A stretch of DNA of 64,000 bases from assembly GCA_033764615.1 (NCBI GenBank), contig JANRIU010000095.1, positions 2,774 through 66,773 on the forward strand, read 5' to 3'. Of this stretch, positions 31,885 through 40,423 are shown piece by piece. Each line of letters begins with the position of its first letter. Position 1 is the stretch's first letter. The notes under the pieces were generated by a model. It did not search any database. It saw only the letters and a list, made by a program, of their open reading frames with translations, and was not told the DNA's origin. Source of the stretch: Gemmatimonadales bacterium (GTDB lineage Bacteria > Gemmatimonadota > Gemmatimonadetes > Gemmatimonadales > GWC2-71-9). Position numbers and translations under genes: made by a program.

Positions 31885-34086
31885 ATGCCGAAGCCTACCC
31901 CGTGCCGTGCCGCCGCGCTCGTCCTGGCGTGCGCCATCCCGACCATCGCCCTCGCCCAGCAGGCGCCGTCCCCTCGTGTCCGGGCCGCGCGCGACTCCGC
32001 CGTGGCCGACACCACGCGGCTCCAGCAGCTGAAGGAGATCTCCGTCTCCGTCACGCTCTCGGAGCAGTCCCTGCAGCGGACGCCCGCGGCGGCGGCCGTG
32101 GTGGACCAGGACGCCATCCGGCGCGGCCAGGCGACGATGGGCCTCGACGAGGCGCTCAACTCGGTGCCGGGCGTCTACGTGGCCAACCGGTACAACTTCG
32201 CGCAGGAGGCGCGGATCTCCATCCGCGGTGCAGGCAGCCGCGCGCCGTTCGGCACGCGCGGCATCCGCATCATCGTCGACGGGATCCCGCAGACGGCGCC
32301 GGACGGCCAGAGCCAGTTCACGAACCTCGAGCTCGCGAACACCGGCCGCATCGAGGTGCTGAAGGGCGCCGCCGGCTCGCTCTACGGCAACGCGTCGGGC
32401 GGCGTGCTGAGCATCACCAGCGAGCGGGCGCCCGCGGCGCCGTTCGCGCAGGGCTTCCTCGTGCAGGGCGGCAGCTTCGGGATGTTCAAGGCGCAGTCGC
32501 GGACGGCGGTGCGGCAGGGGGCGTTCTCGGCGACGGCGTCGCTGAGCTACCTCTCGTGGGAGGGGCCGCGCCAGTGGAGCGACACCGACCAGCGCGCCCT
32601 GAACCTGGGCTTCGAGTACCTGCTGTCGGGGAACACCGTGCTCACCGGCCGCGTGAACGCGGCGGCGTGGCCGCTCTCGCGCAACGCGGGCGCGCTGACC
32701 GCCCGCGAGTGGGCCCGCAATCCCGACTCGGCGGCGGCGAACAACATCCTCCGCGCCTCCAACGAGGACACCGACCAGCAGCAGGCCGGCTTCGCGCTCA
32801 AGCACACCACCGACGCCGGCGAGCAGTGGGAGGCCTCCGTCTTCGCGTGGCGCCGCTCGGTGGACAACGCGCTGGCGACGCCGAGCACGGTGCAGCCCGG
32901 GCCGACCGTGGGGCAGTTCACCGAGTTCCGCCGCACCACGGCCGGCGTCCGGCTCAGCGGCCAGAAGCGCCTCCGGCCGTCCGACAGCGCACCGCTCGTG
33001 ACGTTCGGCCTCGACGCGCAGCTGAGCCGCGACACGCGCCTCAACCTGCGCTCGCTGGCGGGCGTGCCGTCCACCCCGCGCACGGTGCTGCTCGACCAGG
33101 ACGAGGACGTCGACCAGCTCGCGCCGTTCGCGCAGGTCGCCTGGCGGCCCGACGCCCGCTGGCAGTTCCAGGCGGGCGGGCGGTACGACCGGCTCACCTT
33201 CCGCGCGACCGACCGCGTGCTCACCGACGGCGACAACGGCGGCGCGCGCACGCTCGCGAGCTGGAGCGGCAACGCCGGCGCGAGCTACGTCGTGAGCGAC
33301 GCCTTCGTGCCGTACGCGAACCTCTCGACGTCGTTCGAGACGCCGACGACGACCGAGCTCGCGATCCGCGCCGACCTCCTCGGCGGCTTCAACCCCGACC
33401 TGCAGCCGCAGCGCTCGGTGAACCTCGAGTTCGGCGCCCGCGGCCTCCTCGGCCGCGCGGCGCAGCTCAGCTGGACGGCGACCGCGTTCCGCGTCTGGAT
33501 CCGCGACGCGATCGTGCAGTTCCAGAACATCGACCAGCGGAACTTCTTCACCAACGCCGGCCGCGTGCAGAACCAGGGCCTCGAACTCGGCCTCCAGTTC
33601 CGTCCGGTGGAGCGGCTCCAGTTCAACGTGGCCTACACGTACGCGGACTACCAGTTCACCGACTACAAGGTGCGCCGCGGCGCCGTGGTCGACACGCTGG
33701 ACGGGCGGGTGCTGCCCGGCATCCCGAAGCACTTCCTGCGGCTCGAGCTCCGCACCCGGATCGCGGACCAGCTCCGCCTCGACGTCGACCAGACGATCTC
33801 GAGCTCGATCTTCACCGACGACCGCAACACCGCGACGCCGTGCGCCCAGGCCGCGACGGCGCCGACCGCGGCCGCGTGCGTGGTGGACGGGTGGGCGACG
33901 ACCAACCTGCGGCTGACCTGGAGCGGCACCCGCGGCGACGCGCGGGTGCAGCCGTTCCTCGGCATCTACAACGCCTTCAACACCCTGTACGTGCCGTCGG
34001 TGATCATCAACGGCGGCTTCGGGCGGATCCTCGAGCCGGCGCCGCGCCGGAACTTCTACGCCGGCATGCAGGTCAACTACCGTTAG
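31885..34086 (+). CDS. TonB-dependent outer membrane receptor
   Basis: ORF trimmed to MPKPTPCRAAALVLACAIPTIALAQQ, giving 733 aa. It has plug-domain motifs (DEALNSVPGV, ISIRG, GRIEVLKGAAGSLYG) and a C-terminal beta-barrel ending RRNFYAGMQVNYR. Confidence 0.9.
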   Translation: MPKPTPCRAAALVLACAIPTIALAQQAPSPRVRAARDSAVADTTRLQQLKEISVSVTLSEQSLQRTPAAAAVVDQDAIRRGQATMGLDEALNSVPGVYVANRYNFAQEARISIRGAGSRAPFGTRGIRIIVDGIPQTAPDGQSQFTNLELANTGRIEVLKGAAGSLYGNASGGVLSITSERAPAAPFAQGFLVQGGSFGMFKAQSRTAVRQGAFSATASLSYLSWEGPRQWSDTDQRALNLGFEYLLSGNTVLTGRVNAAAWPLSRNAGALTAREWARNPDSAAANNILRASNEDTDQQQAGFALKHTTDAGEQWEASVFAWRRSVDNALATPSTVQPGPTVGQFTEFRRTTAGVRLSGQKRLRPSDSAPLVTFGLDAQLSRDTRLNLRSLAGVPSTPRTVLLDQDEDVDQLAPFAQVAWRPDARWQFQAGGRYDRLTFRATDRVLTDGDNGGARTLASWSGNAGASYVVSDAFVPYANLSTSFETPTTTELAIRADLLGGFNPDLQPQRSVNLEFGARGLLGRAAQLSWTATAFRVWIRDAIVQFQNIDQRNFFTNAGRVQNQGLELGLQFRPVERLQFNVAYTYADYQFTDYKVRRGAVVDTLDGRVLPGIPKHFLRLELRTRIADQLRLDVDQTISSSIFTDDRNTATPCAQAATAPTAAACVVDGWATTNLRLTWSGTRGDARVQPFLGIYNAFNTLYVPSVIINGGFGRILEPAPRRNFYAGMQVNYR

Positions 34087-34120
34087 GCGGCTGCACAGCC
34101 CCGACCCCTGGACGGAGACC

Positions 34121-34327
34121 ATGGCGCACATCAACGACTGCATCCCCGGCCGCTCCGCCAAGCTGCTCGCGAGCGGCGTGGCCCGCGTGACGGGCAAGAG
34201 CGGCACCATCGTGGAGGTGGTGCGCACCAAGCGCGGGAGCGATGCGCTGGAGGACCGGGTGACGGTGGACGTGCCCGGGCACGGCGAGATCGTGGTGGGC
34301 CCGGCGGACCTCGAGATCCAGGGCTGA
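34121..34327 (+). CDS. Hypothetical small protein (68 aa), possibly an SH3/KOW-like beta fold
   Basis: ATG preceded by GGAG at -6. The composition is balanced, unlike the Arg-rich shadow ORFs. I recognise no family. Confidence 0.5.
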   Translation: MAHINDCIPGRSAKLLASGVARVTGKSGTIVEVVRTKRGSDALEDRVTVDVPGHGEIVVGPADLEIQG

Positions 34328-34415
34328 CCGGCGCCGCGGCGACGCCTTAACGGGCGGGCGCCGACGCCGTCTTCCGGCTGTTCGCCGGTTCGTCACCCCA
34401 CTGCCGGAGGTTCCC

Positions 34416-34829
34416 ATGTCCCGCGTCGCCCTCACCCTGATCGGCCTCGCCCTCGTGGCGGGCCCCGTCGCCGCCCAGGGCCCCGGCCCCGCGGCCGGCG
34501 GTCGTCCCCCGTTCGCCGGCGCCGAGGGGCGCGAGGCGTTGCGGGAGCGCATGCGCACCATGTCGCCCGAGGAGCGCCGGGCGCTCCGCGACCAGATGCG
34601 CGAGCGCCGGCAGAACCTCACGCCGGAACAGCGCGCGCAGCTCCAGCAGCGCCGCGAGGAGCGCCTCGCCGCCCTGCCGCCGGAGCGGCGCGCGTACGTC
34701 CAGCAGCTGCAGGCGGAGCGGGCGCGGCTGCGGGCGCAGGTCGAGGCGGGCCAGCTCGACCGTCGCTCGGCGGGCCAGGAGCTGCGGCAGTGGCGGCAGG
34801 CGAACCGCCCGCCGCGGCCGAACGGGTAA
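34416..34829 (+). CDS. Secreted LTxxQ-motif protein (Spy/CpxP-like periplasmic protein)
   Basis: 137-aa ORF with a GGAGG RBS and a signal peptide (LIGLALVAGPVAAQ). It is helical and Arg/Glu/Gln-rich with LTPEQRAQL and MSPEERRAL motifs. Confidence 0.5.
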   Translation: MSRVALTLIGLALVAGPVAAQGPGPAAGGRPPFAGAEGREALRERMRTMSPEERRALRDQMRERRQNLTPEQRAQLQQRREERLAALPPERRAYVQQLQAERARLRAQVEAGQLDRRSAGQELRQWRQANRPPRPNG

Positions 34830-36062
34830 GTGCGGCGGCGACCGCACCTCGCCGTCGCCGTCCTCGCGCTGCTGGGCGCCCCGCTCGGGGCCCAGCAGCG
34901 CGACAGCGTTGCGGCCCGGATCACCCAGGCGGAGATCGACTCGATCGATGCCCTCCTCGACTCGGTCCTGCCGCCGGCGCGGGTGCGTCATCGGCTGAGC
35001 CTGCAGGGGATCGGCCGGCAGTACGACGTCGGCACCACCCGCGTCACCGAGATCGCGAGCCCCATCACCTACTCGGCGACGGGCACCCGCTGGCGGCTGC
35101 GCCTCGCCGGCGCGCCGCTGCGGTACGAGGCCCCGGGCCGCCGGCTCGACGGCACCACGCCGATCAGCGGCCGCTTCGACTGGCGGCTCCGCCCGGGCGA
35201 CACCCTCACGGTCCTCGTCCAGTCGGCCTCGCGGCCCGCGCAGCTCGACTCGCTCGACGCGCTGGCCATCGGTGCCGCCGGCACCTCGACCCTCGACCTG
35301 CTCGCCTTCGGCCTCGCGCTGCCGGCCCAGGCGGCCGTGCGCGGCGCCTTCGCGTTCCCGACGGGCGACGTGGTGCTGAACGTGCGGCTGGCCGTCGAAC
35401 AGCAGCGGCAGCCGACCGTGACGACCCGGGACGTCTTCTACCGCGGCACCACGGTGCGGGGCGGGCTGGGCGTGTGGGGGTACTCGGGGCGCACGCGGCT
35501 GGGCGCGGGGCTGGAGGTGGCGCGGAGCTGGGCCGACTCGCTCGGCGGGCGGAACCTCTTCCCGGGCGGCGGCATCTTCACGCTCGACGCGCTGCTCGAG
35601 ACGCCCGTCGGCGACGAGGGACTGCTGAACCTCTCGGGCTTCTACAGCCGCCCGTTCGACAACGTGCGCAACGACCAGCCCAACCGCCTCATCCCGATCG
35701 GCGACTTCGCGGGCGTGTTCGGCACGCTCTCGCTGCCGGCCGGGCCGGTCATCCTCCTGCCCTCCGCGCAGCTCCTGCGCGAGTCGTCGAGCGCCACGGT
35801 GCGCCAGGGCGGCCCGATCGCGGTCACGACCAGCAACTTCTCGGGCCAGGGCTGGTCGCTGGGCGGGAGCCTGGCCGTGGAGCTGCCGATCGGCGGCGGG
35901 CTCTCGCTGACGCCCGAGGTGGGGGCGCTGGTGGGGCGCATCTCGCAGACGTTCACGACGGCGGTGCAGCGGCGCGGGCGCCCTCCGGTCGGGCGGGCGC
36001 AGACGATCGGCGAGCGTTCGACGGGCGCGTGGGCGGCGCTGGAGCTCGCGATCAGGTTCTGA
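34830..36062 (+). CDS. Hypothetical outer-membrane beta-barrel protein
   Basis: 410-aa ORF. Its GTG start directly abuts the upstream TAA. It has a signal peptide (LAVAVLALLGAPLGAQQ), an alternating beta-strand pattern and a C-terminal LELAIRF (terminal Phe). Confidence 0.55.
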   Translation: MRRRPHLAVAVLALLGAPLGAQQRDSVAARITQAEIDSIDALLDSVLPPARVRHRLSLQGIGRQYDVGTTRVTEIASPITYSATGTRWRLRLAGAPLRYEAPGRRLDGTTPISGRFDWRLRPGDTLTVLVQSASRPAQLDSLDALAIGAAGTSTLDLLAFGLALPAQAAVRGAFAFPTGDVVLNVRLAVEQQRQPTVTTRDVFYRGTTVRGGLGVWGYSGRTRLGAGLEVARSWADSLGGRNLFPGGGIFTLDALLETPVGDEGLLNLSGFYSRPFDNVRNDQPNRLIPIGDFAGVFGTLSLPAGPVILLPSAQLLRESSSATVRQGGPIAVTTSNFSGQGWSLGGSLAVELPIGGGLSLTPEVGALVGRISQTFTTAVQRRGRPPVGRAQTIGERSTGAWAALELAIRF

Positions 36063-38631
36063 CGTTCGCGGGTTCCAGCGCGGCGAGGCAGCGCTCGAGG
36101 TCCGCGAGCAGCACCGGCTTCCAGAGCACGGCGCGAAGCCCCTGGGCGAGCGCGGCGTCCGCGGAGAGGCGCTCGACGAAGCCGGTGCAGAGCACCACCG
36201 GCAGCCCGGGCCGGAGTTCCTGCAGCAACCGCGCGACCTCCAGCCCCGTCATCCCCGGCATGCTCCCGTCCACCAGCACCACGTCCACGCGCCGGGGGTC
36301 CTCCGCCACCCAGGCGAGGGCCGCGACCGGGTCGGCGAAGGCCGTGACCACGTGCCCGAGCCGCCGGCACTGCGCGGCGGTGAGGTCGAGGACGGCGGTG
36401 TCGTCGTCCACGGCGAGCACGCGCAGCCCGCGGGCGCCCGACGGCGCGCGACCCGCCGCGTCGCGCGGCTCGGGCGACACGCCGACGACGTGGCGCGGCA
36501 GCTCGAGGCGGGCCGTGGTGCCGCGCCCGGGCTCGCTCTCGATGACGAGGCGTCCGCCGCACGCGCTGGCGACGCCATGCACCATCGCGAGCCCGAGTCC
36601 GGTGCCCTCGCCCGGCGCCTTGGTCGTGAAGTACGGCTCGGTGCAGCGCTGCAGGACGTCGGGCGTCATGCCCGGGCCCTCGTCGCGCACCTCGAGGTGC
36701 ACGCTCGCGCGGCCGTCGCCGCTCGCGGTCGCACGCGCGGCGAGGCGCACGCTGCCGACGCGCCCGCGCATCGCGTGCCACGCATTGGCGACGAGGTTGA
36801 GCAGCGCCTGCGACAGCTGCGTCGGGTCGCCGAGCACGACGACCGGCGTCGCGGGCACGTCGACGACGAGCAGCAGGCCGGGCGGCAGGGAGGGCCGGAG
36901 CAGCAGCTCCGTCTCGCGCAGCAGGGTCGCGACGTCCACCGGCACGAGCTCGCCGGTGCTGTCGGCCCGGCTGAAGGTCATGATGCGCTTCACCAGCTCG
37001 CGCGCCCGCTGTCCGGCCGTGATGATCTGGCGCGCCGACTCCGCGACCTCGGGGTCGGGCTCGCCAAGCCGCAGCAGCTCCGCGTGCCCGAGGATCGCGG
37101 AGAGGTAGTTGTTGAAGTCGTGGGCGATGCCTCCCGCCAGCGTGCCGAGGGCCTCCATCTTCTGGTGCTGGCGCAGCGCCGCCTCGCGGCGCCGGTCCTC
37201 CGTCACGTCCACCTTGGTACCGGCGACGCCGAACGGCCGGCCGGCCGCGTCACGAAGCAGGTGTCCGCGGACGCGCATCCAGCGCACGTCGCCGTCGGCG
37301 ACGACCTCGCGGATCTCCACGTCCATCGGGACACCCTCGCTGCGCAGCCGGGCGCGGTGCCGGTCGAAGGCCACGCGGTCGTCCGGATGGACGAGCCGCG
37401 TCCACCCGTGGCCCATCCGCTCCTCCGGCCGCAGGCCGTCGATCCGCTCGAGCGCCGCGTTGCCGTAGAGCACGTTGCCCTGCATGTCGCTGAGGAAGAT
37501 CCCGACGTCGATCGCGTCGGCGAGCATGCGCATCTGTCCGAGCGTGGCGGAGGTGTCGCGGAGGGCGGTGACGTCGACGGCCGCGCCCGAGACGCCGAGG
37601 AGCGTGCCATCCGCGTCGTGCAGCGGCGCGACCCAGAGATCGTACCAGCGGCTGCCGGCCGCGCCCGGCACCTCCACCACCTCGTTGCGCGTCTTGCCCG
37701 AGGCGAGCACCTCGCGCTTCACCCGGACGAGCCCCCCGGCGGGCTCGCCGAGGAGCTGCGTGTCGGTGCGGCCCAGCACGTCGTCGGCGGCCAGGCCGAG
37801 CTGGGCGTTGAGGATCCAGATGTAGCGCAGGTCGAGGTCCTGCGCGAAGAGCACCATCCCCGAGCCGCGGAGCGCGGCGCCGAACAGCTCGTAGCTGCGG
37901 CGGGCCTCGGTGTCGTCCTGCAGCGTGGCGAGGAAACCGAGCGGCTCGCCGTCGAGGTCGCGCGCCACCACAGCGCGGAAGCGCAGCCACCGCTCGCCGG
38001 TGACACCGCGGATGCGGAAGTCGCGGCGGAACGACTCCGGCACGTCGCGGCGACCGCCGGCGACCTCGGCCAGGGCGGCGCGATCCGCCTCGTGGATCAC
38101 CGACCACCACTGTTCGCCGACGAGCCGGGCCAGCGGCTGCCCCAGCAGGCGCTCTCCCTCGGGGTCGACGAACAGCAGGCCGCCCGAGAGGTCGAGCGCG
38201 ACGAGCGCCACGCCCTCGTCCGGCCCGTCGGCGGCGTCGAGGTCGGTCGCCGCGCCGAACACGCGCACCACCCGCCCCGCGGCATCGCGCGCGGGCGCAA
38301 GCGCGAGCCGGTACCGGCGCACCCGGCCGCCGGCGACGCCGACGAAGTCGAACGCCTCGCCGTGGCCGGACTCGAGGACACGGCGCTTGAGGCTGACGAG
38401 CGTGGCGGCTTCGTGCCGACCCCACAGCTCGGCGTCCGTGCGCCGGAGCAATGGGAGCTCCTCGAAGCCATGCTGCGGATTGAGCACCCACTGGTAGCGA
38501 AGCTCCTCATCCTGCGCGAACAGCGTGGTGGCGCTGGCCGTCGTCGCGCCGACGATGCGCCGCCAGATGTCGGCCTGCGGCAGCGTGACGGACGGCGGCG
38601 TGGCGCGCGAGTGCTCATGACTGGAGTTCAT
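36052..38631 (-). CDS. Hybrid sensor histidine kinase (multiple PAS domains, HisKA, HATPase, C-terminal receiver)
   Basis: 859-aa ORF. The H-box is [22 protein letters not shown] and G boxes are present ([25 protein letters not shown]). The receiver reads LRVLAVDDD...[12 protein letters not shown]. Several PAS-like repeats precede these. Confidence 0.9.
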   Translation of the reverse strand: MNSSHEHSRATPPSVTLPQADIWRRIVGATTASATTLFAQDEELRYQWVLNPQHGFEELPLLRRTDAELWGRHEAATLVSLKRRVLESGHGEAFDFVGVAGGRVRRYRLALAPARDAAGRVVRVFGAATDLDAADGPDEGVALVALDLSGGLLFVDPEGERLLGQPLARLVGEQWWSVIHEADRAALAEVAGGRRDVPESFRRDFRIRGVTGERWLRFRAVVARDLDGEPLGFLATLQDDTEARRSYELFGAALRGSGMVLFAQDLDLRYIWILNAQLGLAADDVLGRTDTQLLGEPAGGLVRVKREVLASGKTRNEVVEVPGAAGSRWYDLWVAPLHDADGTLLGVSGAAVDVTALRDTSATLGQMRMLADAIDVGIFLSDMQGNVLYGNAALERIDGLRPEERMGHGWTRLVHPDDRVAFDRHRARLRSEGVPMDVEIREVVADGDVRWMRVRGHLLRDAAGRPFGVAGTKVDVTEDRRREAALRQHQKMEALGTLAGGIAHDFNNYLSAILGHAELLRLGEPDPEVAESARQIITAGQRARELVKRIMTFSRADSTGELVPVDVATLLRETELLLRPSLPPGLLLVVDVPATPVVVLGDPTQLSQALLNLVANAWHAMRGRVGSVRLAARATASGDGRASVHLEVRDEGPGMTPDVLQRCTEPYFTTKAPGEGTGLGLAMVHGVASACGGRLVIESEPGRGTTARLELPRHVVGVSPEPRDAAGRAPSGARGLRVLAVDDDTAVLDLTAAQCRRLGHVVTAFADPVAALAWVAEDPRRVDVVLVDGSMPGMTGLEVARLLQELRPGLPVVLCTGFVERLSADAALAQGLRAVLWKPVLLADLERCLAALEPANVRT

Positions 38632-38699
38632 GAAAGGAATGCTTACCCGCCATGCGCCCGATTGTCATGGCGAACTCCGCCCGAAACACGAATCGGATC

Positions 38700-39398
38700 T
38701 CACCGAATCACCCAGGCGGTGGCGAGCAGCGCGGTGTGTTCGGCGAGGTCGGGCTGGCCCGGCCGAGCGCGCAGCAGCCGGTGTTGGTAGCCCGCCTCCA
38801 GCTGCACGGCGCCGAGGCGCCAGCGCGAGAGGAACTGGAAGCGGTTCTGGTTCCAGCCGTTCCCCTCCAGCGAGATGAACGCCTCCTGGCTCACGACGAG
38901 CGAGAGCGCGCCGCGCAGGGGCACGATCGCCTGCGCCTGCCAGCGCGTGCGCCATTCGCCGACGCCCTCGTCGCCGGCGCGGCGCAGCAGGTCGAGCCGC
39001 GCGCGCCCGGTCAGCGTGACGCGCCCCGCCTGCGCGCGACGCAGGGCGCCGAGCGAGAGGTTCCACTGCGTGGAGCCGCGCGGCTGGTCGAGGAACTGCA
39101 CCTCGGGCTGCAGGAACGTCCCGTTCGCGATCGGCAGGTTGGCGCCGGCGCGCCACACCACGGCCTGGAAGCCGGGCCCGCTCGGCACGGTGCGGAGCTG
39201 CGTGTCGAGCCACGCGCTGCCCGACCAGCGGCGCGGCTGCAGCAGCGCGCCGGTGCGCGACCACGACGCGAGCTCCTGGCGGTCGATGCCGAATTGCGCG
39301 GCGGCGGGACGGACGGCAAGCAGGAGGAGGGGGACGAGCGACCACGGGACCGCCGAGGCGCGCGGGCGAGGGGGAGGGAGCGGATGGGCGCGGCGCAC
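38700..39398 (-). CDS. Hypothetical secreted/outer-membrane protein, DUF2490-like
   Basis: This is the C-terminal 232 aa of the 949-aa fused ORF, with an in-frame GTG start at 39398. It has a signal peptide (WSLVPLLLLAVRPAAAQ). The pattern EAFISLEGNGWNQNRFQF...LEAGYQHR resembles DUF2490 as I recall it. Confidence 0.45.
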   Translation of the reverse strand: MRRAHPLPPPRPRASAVPWSLVPLLLLAVRPAAAQFGIDRQELASWSRTGALLQPRRWSGSAWLDTQLRTVPSGPGFQAVVWRAGANLPIANGTFLQPEVQFLDQPRGSTQWNLSLGALRRAQAGRVTLTGRARLDLLRRAGDEGVGEWRTRWQAQAIVPLRGALSLVVSQEAFISLEGNGWNQNRFQFLSRWRLGAVQLEAGYQHRLLRARPGQPDLAEHTALLATAWVIR

Positions 39399-39479
39399 GC
39401 GTGGAAGATGGCGAGGGGCACGCCGGTGGGCCACCGGCCCGGCAGGGGCACGGCGGGTACGCCGGCGGTAGCGTTCGGC

Positions 39480-40349
39480 ATGGCAGACGACCCGTCCACC
39501 GCCGCCGGGCCCGAGGCGCCGCTCGTCCACCCGCACGCGCTCCGCCGCCTGGGGCGCGCGGCGCCGCTCACGGCGCATCCGGCGATGCGCTGGCGCGACG
39601 GCGAGGCGAGCGCCTGCGAGGAACAGCTCGCCGAGGAGACGCCCGTCACGCTGGTGTACAACGCGGTGCCCCACGTCGTGATGATGCTCACGCCCGCCGA
39701 CCTCGAGGCGTTCGCGCTCGGCTTCAGCTACACGGAGGGGCTCATCACCTCGCCGGACGACGTGCGGGAGGTGACGGTCGTGCCGCACAGCCGCGGCATC
39801 GACGTGAACCTGACGGTGGGCGACGCGGCGTTCGCGATCGTGGAGGGGCGCGCCCGGCGGATGTCCGGGCGCACCGGCTGCGGCGTGTGCGGCACGGACA
39901 ACGTGGACAGCGTGCTGCGGCCGCTCGCGCCGGTCGGGCCGGGGGTGACGGTGCGCGGCAGCGCGATCCATCGCGCGCTGGACGGGCTGGAGGCGCGGCA
40001 GGCGCTCAACGCGGCGGCGCACGCGGTGCATGCGGCGGGCTGGGCCGATCCTTCGGGCGAGCTGCGGCTGGCACGCGAGGACGTGGGCCGGCATAACGCG
40101 CTGGACAAGCTCATCGGCGCGCTGCTGCTGGAGCGGGCCGACCCGCAGGCCGGCTTCCTCGTGATCACGAGCCGCGCGTCGTTCGAGATGGTGCACAAGG
40201 CGGCGTCGTTCGGCACGGGGCTGCTCGCCGCCGTGGGCGGGGCGACGGCGCTTGCGGTGCGGCTCGCGCATGCCTCGCGGCTCACGCTCGCGGGCTTCGT
40301 GCGGCGGGGCGGGCACGTGGTGTACAGCTGGCCGGAGCGGGTGACGTAG
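39480..40349 (+). CDS. fdhD: Formate dehydrogenase accessory sulfurtransferase FdhD
   Basis: ORF trimmed to MADDPST, giving 289 aa. It has conserved FdhD elements (EETPVTLVYN, MLTPADLEAFALGFSYTEG, GRTGCGVCG, EDVGRHNALDKLIG, SRASFEMVHKAA). Confidence 0.9.
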   Translation: MADDPSTAAGPEAPLVHPHALRRLGRAAPLTAHPAMRWRDGEASACEEQLAEETPVTLVYNAVPHVVMMLTPADLEAFALGFSYTEGLITSPDDVREVTVVPHSRGIDVNLTVGDAAFAIVEGRARRMSGRTGCGVCGTDNVDSVLRPLAPVGPGVTVRGSAIHRALDGLEARQALNAAAHAVHAAGWADPSGELRLAREDVGRHNALDKLIGALLLERADPQAGFLVITSRASFEMVHKAASFGTGLLAAVGGATALAVRLAHASRLTLAGFVRRGGHVVYSWPERVT

Positions 40350-40392
40350 GGGGGCAGGGCGGCCGGCGGGCCAGGGGCCGGACTGCAACTGG

Positions 40393-40417
40393 CCTCCGGC
40401 CCGCTCGCCCTCCTGCC
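40393..40417 (+). repeat. Copy A of a 25-nt C-rich motif CCTCCGGCCCGCYYGCCCTCCTGCC, following a GGCCGG(A)...(T)CCGGCC hairpin
   Basis: 23/25 identical to 46130..46154. Both copies sit just downstream of plus-strand stop codons. Confidence 0.7.
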
Positions 40418-40423
40418 CTCCTG

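Noticed and set aside
39480-40349. Orphan fdhD as a sign of a hidden formate dehydrogenase or molybdoenzyme cluster
   Set aside because: No molybdopterin oxidoreductase or Moco genes are present in the window. The neighbours are an unrelated DUF2490-like protein and the EPS synthase, so nothing can be concluded from this window alone.
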